Positions 48,701 to 60,700 of a stretch of 64,000 nucleotides of DNA are shown piece by piece (positions within the stretch are counted from its first letter, which is position 1; each line of letters starts with the position of its first letter). The notes under the pieces are model-generated. The model worked only from the letters and a program-made list of their open reading frames with translations. It made no database searches and was not told where the DNA came from. A program made the position numbers and the translations under genes. The DNA is from Ostrea edulis (lineage: Eukaryota), in assembly GCF_947568905.1 (NCBI RefSeq), contig NC_079164.1, positions 67,084,001 to 67,148,000 on the forward strand. Direction: 5' to 3'.

Positions 48701-51700
48701 TCTTGACCCCATGAAAATAAGTTCTTTTACAGTAAGCTGAACATATAATATACATGTACATGTAGAAAGGCTAAGGCGGAAACATATTCTTCCACTATAA
48801 CAAGAACTGATGTTGAAATTTATCTAAGAAAATGTATCTAGTACCTTGTGCCAAGTTTGGTTGAAATTGCCCATATAGTCAAAAAGTCAACAACAACAAA
48901 AATGAGGAAAAATTTATAATATCAACAACAATGACAGATGTATGGACAAATGTTATCAGAAAAGCTTGAATCTGCTTAGGCGAGCTTACTAAACCACCAC
49001 GATTCTCACTAACATCAGGAGACACGCACAGTCAATCACTAGCTCATTTAGATTGGCTGCTTTACTTTATACAATACAAATGAGACACAGAATTATTACC
49101 TCTGGTTTCCTCCTTGTGGGTTGAGATACAGCCGTCTGTAGGCTGACACTACTGCCTCCTTTACGCTGGTCTCACGCGACCAGATCAGATGCAACATACG
49201 ACGTATCCCAATCATTGTGAGTGCGACTCCGAACTCAAACCCAGTCACAAAAAAATCAATGGCTTCTAATATGTCTGTAACAGTCTTGGATCCCAACAGC
49301 TGACAGATCACAGGAACTGCAGCCTGGATCTGAGTGGCAAATGCACAGCAGTCCTGGAATGCAAGAGTTTTGATACATGCACGTATTAGAAAATATACCT
49401 GTCAAAAGTGTTGTTAAAAGTGTGTAGACCATCTCCAATCTTCATCGTTAGCAAAACAAGTCTTTTTTCCATGCAGTTTGAGAGTCCTATTCACCAATAC
49501 AAAGCATACTTTACCTTCAGATACTGTACAAGCACTTGTTGTTTGGAAACCTCATTAACAATAGGGTCCTTTTCTTTCTCTTCCTCTATACCCGACACTA
49601 TTGCGAGACTTTGCTTCTTGTGACCTATAAGTGTGTAATCATAATTAAGCTGCTGTGACTTAGTATTGTATCTACACACTTGAGCATTGCGACACAATAA
49701 ATGCACTTGCAATGTACCCTCAATATAGTATATTACCCATTAATCTTAACCTATGATTGTCTAATATCTACATGTAAATTCTAAAAAAAAAAATTCATTT
49801 CATCTGTGTACCGTAGAATATCATCTTGAGGTACGTTACATCCGAAGTGACATCTGTAGAATCCTGTGAAGCTTCCACGTCTGTCTCACTGTAACAAAAC
49901 ACAGAAAGAATTAAAGAGACTGGAGAAAAACGCCCAGCAAACTTCTCATTGTAACAAAACACACAAAGCATTAAAGAGACTGGAGAAAAAAGCCCAGCAA
50001 ACTTCTCACTGTAACAAAACACAGAAAGAATCAAAGGGACTGGAGAAAAGCGCCCAGCAAACTTCTCACTGTAACAAAACACAGAAAGAATCAAAGAAAC
50101 TGGAGAAGAAAGCCCAGCAAACTTCAAGAGCAAGCCTTGATCTGCTGACACAAAACCTTTGATTTTCTTTTGCCATTTCCTGCATGAAGGAGTTGTCGGG
50201 GAAGGCATCCTTGAAAGCCACCAGTAAGGCTTTAGCTTCTGTGAACTTCTCCTCTGTCAGCAGGTTATATATCCTGTCCATCACACTGAAACAGAAAATA
50301 ATCATTACTCTGAGTTTATTCAAATCTGTATATACAGAAAATAACCATTACCCCCGAGTTCATTCAAATCTGTATATATATTTTTTTTGTGACCTGTTCA
50401 TGCATGAAATTCATATCCCCTTTACGGACCTCCTGTCTTTTTACATGTATGAAATCAATATCCTCATCCATGTGACCAACAAATGGTATATGGTGTCCCT
50501 GATACGCTTTTCATGAATAAATAGCTGAGGTGTAATCCTACACCTCATCAGAAAAGCATGTAAAGTAATATATATTCACCCTATGAGAGGAAAATTATGA
50601 AAATTGTATTGGATATAGCGCAGTTTGGTTATAATGAACTGTGTTTCACTGGCCCTAAAGGTTCACAATAGCCCTGTCTTACTGTATTTCACTTTAGATA
50701 CATCATTTTGACCACTTCAGAGTTTTGATACAGCCCCTACCTGTTAGCTAATTCTTCATCCTGAATCAGATCTTCATTGCCATCCTCCTCCATCTTCTCC
50801 TCCTCCTCTTCTTCCTCGGTTTTCTTAAGAGCTCTCTTTAGCTTCTTCTCTAGCGGTTTCCACTCCTCATCAATCTTTACCATCAAGGAGTCTGTGGATG
50901 GAAAATAAAACACAACCAATATCAAACAGGAAAATTCAGGGAATTTAACCCTCGATAAGTATCCCAAGATTTTACTCACATGAGGTACAGTAATATTAAT
51001 GTTACTTCATAAAATCTTTCAGAAAGACGGACATGAAGACAATATGAGATATTCACACAAGGTTAAACACTTGACTATATTACTTAACATGTTAAAACGC
51101 TGTTTAAATCATTCCTATTTATTAAGCACCTTCCAACACGCTGGGTTGTTCCTCGGGAGCCATGCTTTCCAGTTTCTCCTTTTCTTTTTCATAGTTTGCT
51201 TGAAGATCCTCCAATGACAACTGTGATAGGCATAATCAATCAAATCAATTATCATACACCATGGATACTACTCTGAACTAAAACACGCTTAAAGCAAAGC
51301 GCTGGGAACGAACAATTTTCATTCATTATAAACACAAGTCATTATATCCATTAAGTGTATAATATGGTTCAAGACTACAGGGAATAAAAATCATTTCGTT
51401 GTAAGTGTGAATGTACATGTAAGTGTGTTTGCTGTAATCGTGTTTTACTGTAGCTCTGAAAATCAAAGACTAATAAAAAATTTTTGAATAAGTTGAAAAC
51501 CGTGAGAATTCTGAGCCACTACATATGTAAGTACATATAGGTCAAACCTTGGCAGCAAATGGATTGGACTTGATGAAGGCAGTGACCAGTTGTATGGCCT
51601 GCTTTCTGACTTGTGATGACTTGTCCTGTAATCGACCTATACAGAGTCCTAGCAGGTGCTCGTGTCGTGGGAGAGGCAGACACTGGAAGCATCACAGACA

Positions 51701-54700
51701 AATACACAAGTTTAAAGTAACTCCATACTGGCATTACTATCTCATTAAAGTATAAAAAGTGTATTTATTTGTGTTAAAACTAATGAATTATCAGATGGGA
51801 TGTATAGGTCATCACACTTTTCTAAGATGCGAGATATTCATAAACAGAATCGTATATCACCGTCAGAAAATTACAATTTTCCTTAAACAGCGTTATCAAA
51901 ATTTCATAAAGACTGGTTATGACGATATAATAGTATTTATAACAGTTTCATGAAACTGTTTATTTTTAAAAATATACAAAATGTCTGTGAAAAATAAAGG
52001 AAATCTATTGCATATTAGACTTGATTAAGAATCAATGAAAACAGAGTTTTTGCCCTTGAATTCAATATTTTGAAACATATCATTGATTATTCAAATATAT
52101 AACTTTTGAAATACTTTATGTTTAACAAGATATTTTACAATAACTATCAGAGAAGACTCCAACAAAATTTATTTTCCTATAATGCATAAATCAAATAAAT
52201 TGATTATTGATTTGCAATGCAAAAAAATATTGTACACAAACACTTCCTAGTGTAATTGCATATTTCAATGTATAACTGATGGGAAGTTGGTTTACCTTTT
52301 CATTCACAAGATTGAACCAAATGTGAAGTACTCTACTTCTGACAAATGCATTCACATCATGGATATGCTCCTGTGTAATAAAAAGTTAAAATTCACATCA
52401 TAAGCATACCAAGTAATTAAAAATATGAATATAAGACCAAAACATGCACGGAACACTTATCATAAGTCAATGCAAAAACATAATACACGTATATACTATG
52501 TATATTGTATATTTACTACATACTGTGAATCATGCAGAATACAAGTACATGTATATATATAATAGCATATATCAAATATGATAAATTGTTACCTCCAGTT
52601 TCTCTAAGAATTGATCTCGAGTGTCCTTTAGTTTGTCCTCTAAGTCTTCTTTACTAAGGACCTTTAGCAAGATTTCCCCCATCACCCCCAGGACACCATT
52701 CCTCATTGTGTATGACTAACAACAAATATATATACAGTGTATACACAGATATAGGACTAAGTCTCACCACCATAAAAGTCAATCATAATCAATGGATATC
52801 TTAACAGTTGATCATTTTATGTATCAATACTAATCTGCTGTAAAATTACATATAATCCCTTCAAACTATATTTATCGAAGTTTTGTCAGCAATAAATCTA
52901 TGCCATGACATCTTCAAGATTTGTTATCCATGACAATGCCAAGTGTTATCCATGACAATGCAGAGTTCTCTATACTAAATAAGAATTCCAGTCAATGTGT
53001 AAAAGAATTTTGTGATTGATCATATCAAACGCTGCAGAAAAATCTAACATCACGTAAAGTTGCAGTTACATGTAGGTATGAAACAGTTCAGCGCGGTATC
53101 AATTCATCGCAGTATATTCTATCGGTTCAATACCCAGTACAAAACTTGTATTTTCGGATCATAACATTTTTATTTATCGGGATCAGTAATCAAGTAATAG
53201 TCTGTACAAAATCAGAAATAAACACATGTAAACAAAATGACCAACACAAAACAAAAATGTGTACAGACCAATACTTTCCACGATGGCAAAATGTTATCTG
53301 GGCATCTAAACTACATCTGTTGCATCTGAGTGTGTGCTCTCCAATGCTGGAGACATAGTGAACACACAGAGAGCAGTGTTGTCTCCAGAAATTAAAAATA
53401 TTGACTCTCTTGATTATATTCGTAAAGTCCAATATAATTGTTCTAGACAATTTTAGTGAAATTTGTTTTAAAAAATATTACTGGATTCAAAATAGAAGCA
53501 ATTTACACGTAATTCAATTTATTCTTCTCAGTTTCCATGACAATGAAGTTTACAGAGTTTATATTCCCATTCTTTTCAACTTGCTTTCAATATATTTTAG
53601 TCAATCATATCAATTTCCATAAGTTTACGGAGTCTATGTTGTTATTGAGTTGAAATAATTTAAGTCATGGACTATAAAAATAAAACACCATGGACCCCAC
53701 ATTTGTTCCTTTCACAATGTTTAATAAACTTGAATGTGTATCATAAATGTATTGAAACAAAACTCTACGATATGGAAGAAGTTTATCATTTCAGCCCTAT
53801 ATCCTCTCATTTTTTATATTTGATCAGGTGACAATTTCAATCATACCTCTCCCTCCAAATGACAGAGCACCACACTAATATTTGACATCATCACCCCTGG
53901 TACTTTTTCAGACAGCTCCACCAGAAAAGTGGCAAATGACTTTGTCCCTGTGTTATCTCGGACCAGGTCCTTTGGATCCTTCCTCCCTATCTCCCTCATG
54001 ATCTCTGCCACCACACCCTTGTTACTGTAGTCCGTAGTGATTATATTAGTCAGCTCAGCTAGAGGAGAGACCAGGTGTTCAAAGTGCTGTAGCTGCTGCA
54101 GGATCTTCAGGCTCGCACCTGTCACACACAAGTGTTTGATCAGATATTCCGGTTTATAAAAAATATTACAAGTTCCAATAGGTTCAAAACTGTCAGAATG
54201 TGGGACTTAAAGGGTAGATTTTCGTGGGTCCCATACAAGACAATTTAAAGATAAATCTGTATTGAATCCCCCTTCCCTTACGTTAGAAGCTTGGAAAATG
54301 ATCACAAATGTCTGCACTGTAATAGGACATTAAACTGCATTAATTCAGTAGCTGGCATAATTTATTTTCATCAGTAATAACTGTATCCTGATCCCAATGT
54401 AATTAATGAAGCAGGTTGGCACACAAAATGAGAACAAAATTGAATATAGCATCTTCTACAGGGGCCAACAAATACCATTGCCCGACACCTAGGGCAAGTA
54501 AATATTTGAGTAGGACATGTAAATTTTTTATAACCACTTGTCCATGGGCAAGAGACTTCAATTATTTTAAGATAGTAAACAGCTAAAAAAAATCATGCAA
54601 AAATATTGATTGTAAAAGAAAGTAGTTCTAAGTAACTGTTATCTTTCTGATGATTATAAATTGATACTAGTCCGGACCAGTTTAATCTGCATCAAAACGA

Positions 54701-57700
54701 CTCTTTCTGAAATATGACACATAAACCCTGTTAAGCACTAAGTAGACAGTGATCATAGTTGAATGAAAGGAAGACCACAGAAAAACTTTGTACCATTAAC
54801 ATTAAGCTCAAACAGTTCATTACTGATGTTCATGACCGAAACAATAGCTGTGCAGAACAAGAGCCGACTTCCGAGTCCAAACATAAAGAGAAGTACGATA
54901 AAACAAGTGGGAAAAGAATTGTCAAACTAGGAAGAAACACAGCCATGAGTAAATTGTTACAATATAAAACATGATCTACAACAGATTCTGCTGAGAATCC
55001 CCTACTACTGCTATCACACACAAAACAACAATGTGTTTTACACTGAGTGTGTTGTTTTCTTGTATTTCATTGTTTTAGTAGAGCAAGTGAATAAAAAATA
55101 TTTGTCAGCCCCTTTTGCAATGCATGTACATTTTTCTAGTTCCATGGTTGTTTGGGGGGCCCTATAAAATTTCAGAGCATAAAAAACCAACAGGGACACA
55201 CCACACGTCCTACAGATCAATCAACCTGAACAGCTTCAGTGATCAATTACATGGTATATATGAGTGCATGTGAAGCACTTGTTGTTGCAAGCATAGACCT
55301 CTTTGAAGTGTGCCTATTTCACACAAATGTACAAAATATTTACATTTGTTTTGTTTTCTGAAATTCATGTCTGTTTATCAGTCCATGTACCTGCCCAGGT
55401 TTCGATATACTGTAATATGCCAAGAATTTATTTTTTTCATTTTCACTTGGCATAGGAGTGTGTAAAGTCCAATGTTCTGCTCACTACATGCATGAACAAT
55501 CTAATTGTCAATATTAAATATATACACTTTATGTCACTGATTTATAAATATCGACTTACTGAGTCCATGGTTATAGCGCTTGACCATAACTCCTACAATG
55601 TTAAAAATAGCAGTCCTCGTTTCTTTTGCCTTCACATAAACAATGATTGGATTCTCTAAAAGTTTGTACACCAGGTTTGTTACCATGCTGAAATTCAGAA
55701 CATTAATTCCTTCATAAACACATAAATAACAAGTCACCTTCTGTATTTAGGATAGGTTTTACCAGCATATACAGGGCTCAACAATAAGACACATCCGACC
55801 CACTCAATCTAGTAAAAAGCTTGATCTAGATTATTTTGTGTAAAGGTAACCCAACTGGTCGTGTCAAAATATCAAATCTTTAATTATAAAACATATATAA
55901 AGTACATAATTGAAATTTCTAGGATGACATTCACGTTCACGGTAACTTTTTAACTTACAATAGTTATCGCGTACCATGTTTTGCTTTTGTTTTCAATAAA
56001 TTTCGATGGTCTACTACTCAGATGTAATATGCCCTTTGGTGGCATATTGAAAATCATTTTCTTTACGACAACTGTTGTGGTAATTTTTTTAGTTTTATGA
56101 ACAAATGTTTTATATTGGCTTCCTTTCCGATTGAATATAAAGAAATTGATAGAAAATATACTGGTATTATTAGTTTTACATCTCTACCAATTCCTGATAC
56201 TGATTTGTAAAAACAAAGAAATCACAATGAAGAACATGTTTTTACGCAGGATCGCAAAGAAACGTTATGCTAATCTATGTAATTCTGGATGAATAAAGGC
56301 AATTATAAGCGAAGGAACAAAATATGTGCAACAATCAAAATGAATACTGGATAAGGCATTTTAATATGATAGACCTGTTTTATTCTGAAAGTAATCACAT
56401 ATTCATTCTTTAAAGATACAGGCATTATCCTTATTCTGATGACAACACTTACATAATAATTGATCAATATAGAATGTGTTATTTATGGCATTGAAAGAGA
56501 AAAGAATGACATAAACATCGGCTTTTTTTGTACCCACTGGTACCGATTCAATTGGGAAAAATAGTGTCAAAATCGAACCAATTGGGAATTTTCTACCAAT
56601 GTATCAGCAAATGATTTCAACTAAAAGAAAGGGGGGGGAAGAACAAAACAAGAAGTATTCATCTCTTTACAAACTTTTTTACGGTAATATTTCCTGTTGT
56701 GAGATATAAGGAATCGTCGTAAGCTCGTTTTTAGAATAATCGAAGCTCTACAACCTGCGCACTGCCATGATTTGTACTTTCGATTTAATACCGGAAGTGA
56801 ACATTTTAGTTAACTCGTACAATGTTTCAGACTAAGTAAATTACGATGTCAGCAGTCTATTTTTCGGCAATTGAATTGGGAATTTTTAGTCTCAAAATTG
56901 GGAAAAGCAACCATTTTTGGCATTGGGAATGGTACCGTTTATCAGTACCAATTATATAAGGGGGGAAAAAAACCGCTGATAAATAACGTCAGGTCTAGTC
57001 TATTTCTTTTTAAAGTTAATGTTAAGCCCTGATATGGTAGTCCAATCAACTGTATGTTTGCATATAATTATAAATAATGAACTATACATGCACTTGATAA
57101 ATTTTCTGAAAATGTTGTGACACATTGCTATGCATTTGATTTTAACATACACACATATTTATGGTGTCTGTTGGGGTCACTCACTTCCTCATGTACAGAG
57201 CTATGACAATGGAATAGTAAAAACGGAAATGTAAAGACATAGGAGCAATATCAGTTTCGCTTCACCATCTTCACTTTTCTGTCCTCCCAGCTCTACTTCT
57301 TCACCCTATATGTGATGAAACAAAAGAACCAATGGCCATAACAGAACACCCTAGATGTCGGATTCAGAAACCTACTTGACAAACTCCACTTCTGCTATGG
57401 GTGGATCCCAAAGTCTCACAATGTTCAGAGACACTAAATGAAGCAGGGCCTTGACACCATTTTCTCTCTCCACCTCCCAATCAATGACCATGTCCGTTGA
57501 TTTCTTGGCGCTCTTACTCCGGCCCTAAAAGGAGAAACATCATCTGTAAACCCTCAAATATGTGGGAGCATAATTACAGCATTATTTCTAAAATAAAAAA
57601 AATCCAAGGAGAAAGTTGCCAATGCAGTTGAAACCAATATATGTATATATTTATTTTGGCCTTGTACAAGTAATTTCTATCTTAATAAAGGACAAGGTCA

Positions 57701-60700
57701 TGGCACATGATACACCAGTCAGATGTTTACTTATCATAAACACATCAGTGTGCATGGGACAAAATCATGTCAACCTTGGTACAAAGATTTCACCTATTTC
57801 TTTTACAGCCTGATACACAAATACAAAATAATCTGCTTAAGAATTTGACTCCTTACAAAGTAAACTTTTACTACTAACCAATAATAATGCTTACCAAATG
57901 AGATTCTGAAACATTCAAGATTATTTATCTAAGTGTCTCTAGATGACTACAGCAATTGAGATTCTGAAACATTCAAGATTATTTATCTAAGTGTCTCTAG
58001 ATGACTACGGCAATTGAGATTCTGAAACATTCAAGATTATTTATCTAAGTGTCTCTAGATGACTGTGGCAATTGAATTGACAATATATTTCTAGAAATGT
58101 TCAAATAACTACAGAAATTACATTTCAAAACATATTTCATTTTATTACATGTACTTAGATTATCCTTTCACATTATATGAACTACTTAACAAGTTTAGGT
58201 TGTACAAAGAAATGCCCCATAATTGGAATGACAAATCATTTCCATGGCCTTTTTACATTATACTCATTAATTTAATTAATCTTTAACTCAACATATACAA
58301 TTTTGACTCTTATCAAAATGATCTTTGCATGTCCAATTAAACTCCCTAACCTTAAAACACCAGTATGAGAATACTATGCAACACATAATCTGATTGGTTA
58401 AGTCAGTCACGTGCCAGGAATGACAAAACTTCATATCTCCCTCTCAAACATCATATTTCCCCATCGTATTTCACCCATTGGGCAGTCTCTGACATTTTCC
58501 ATGAATTTAACGTCAAGGTAGATGAAGTTTATTGTGACGAAAACAATAATTATGAGTCATTGTACTTACATAGTTTGTAAGGCACAAAATATGCAGGTCT
58601 CTGATACACAGTCAAATCGCCTGGTTTTGGTTGATACAAAAACAAGCAATCAGCATTCAAGAATAGATATACAAAAACTGGTTATCATTTCACTGTATAT
58701 CGTTGTTTGTACCTTCTAATACGTTAACGGCGCAGTGTTACCGTGAGGGCGATCTCAGGTACGTACAATGTATAGATGAGCGGACTCCAATTTCAAATAC
58801 ATTTTTGTAGTCTTGCTTCGTTTCGGTATAATAAACAATTTATTGCATGAATGTTCCGGAGATATGAAGATTTATTTATCCAAGAAAATTCATATTCCCC
58901 TCGGGCATTGCCCTCGGGAAATATGATTTTTCTTGGGTGAACAAATCTTCATATCTCCCTCACTATCATGCAATAAATGTATATTACTCAATTTCCATTT
59001 TTGTAGTACAATATTGCATATCTATCTCATTTATGTTAGAAACAAAATAATTGTTCATATTGATATAGCTGTACTTGATGACAAAATGTGTATTTCTTTA
59101 TGTAATCATTTATGAATAAGATTACTGCAGAACTCTTATATTTTCAGAGATTACCTCTCTTCAAGCATAGTTTTTTAATTTTCATTTTTACGTTTTAATG
59201 AACCTGGTTTTAAGCTGCAATTCACATTTCTCTACAAATGCACCAATTGACAAAAGTTTGTTGATTCTAGAACTCAAACTAAACAGGGTTAAGACATACA
59301 TGTATATGGCTTTATCATCTTAATTAAAGGTCACCGTGACCTTAACGTAGGATGTCACATACCTTCCGCCCAAGATGCATAAAGCACACACACAAGTTTG
59401 ATACTTCAAGGCTAAATAATTGTTCAGTTATGAGTCAGATAGGGTTTTGCCATATTTGGTCATATCATGACACAATGATTATAACTCTAAAGTGCAACAA
59501 ATCTTCTCTCCAAGATGCATCAGCTGACAAAATTTGATAACACTAGGCCTCATAGTACTTAAAGTTACTGTGTATGAGCTGGATACGAAAAAGCTAACAG
59601 ACAGATGAACGGACATGAACATACAATATGTCCCATCTTAGACTGGCGTATAAAAGTGACCACTCCTGTGCTCACCTTTCCTGTAGTGATGACGTCAGAC
59701 TTCTCCTTGCTATCATCTTCAAACATTTCCATGTACTGACAGAGAAGGTAACACAGCATCTTCACCTGGTTCAGGTGAGACAGACGAAATCCCGGCTCTA
59801 GAGACGTGTCCTCTAATGCACTTGCTACATCTGTGGCCAGAGACTTTCCAACTGAAACACATTAATTTCTATACACATCTCAGTCATACATGTACCTTAA
59901 ACTGTGTTTATTCATCAAGTAGGTGTTGCGTTTAAGGGGGGGGGGGGATACTGCACCCCCTGTGCAACTGTGGGGTTTTCCCAAGTCTGTACATTGTGCA
60001 AAAGGATATGTCAGGAATTATTATAAAAAGTTTATTACTAAAGGTTAAATCTGAGGATCATCAGAACTTCTCCCAATAATGATGGGAAAAGCATGAATCT
60101 AATAAATATGTATATTATATGCAAGTTATTTTCTTCCTGCCTCTTAACATCTTTAACCCTTCAAAATAGATGACTCTAGTATTAAGAATATGAATTAATT
60201 ATTTCATAATATACCAAACAAACATCAACGATTCCCATTATTTACCCATCTATTCATCTGTTTCCCAGACATGCTGGCAATAGATGAACCTGTCCAGTTT
60301 TCTTTTAGCAGATAGCAGACAGCTGATCAGCCTATCTATGCCCGGCTCGATTGTTGATGTCATGTGCAACATGTAAACCATTTTCAGTACACCATAACCT
60401 AGTTAGGTGCTATGTGCGCAAGTATAGCCATTTGTCATTGCTTGGAGAGTGGAGATTGCCCATAGTTTTTATTATGGGTTTTATGATGGGATTGCTAACT
60501 ACTGATATACAGATAATATCAATAAATACAAATTACCGGTGCGGAATTCGGGGATAACAAGTTCCACAATCTCAGGGTAGTAAAACACTCGGTAAATTAT
60601 ACCAGATCATATTAAATACAATTCATATAATATGTAAAACTACAATAAATTTATTTCATCTATAATCTATATACCCAATTTGGGATCGCCTCATATTTCG

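Noticed and set aside
47195-58075. 37-bp (47195) and 58-bp (57899) arrays as further splice-junction amplifications
   Set aside because: Neither unit contains exon sequence or the adjacent splice site; counted as the two non-anchored arrays.
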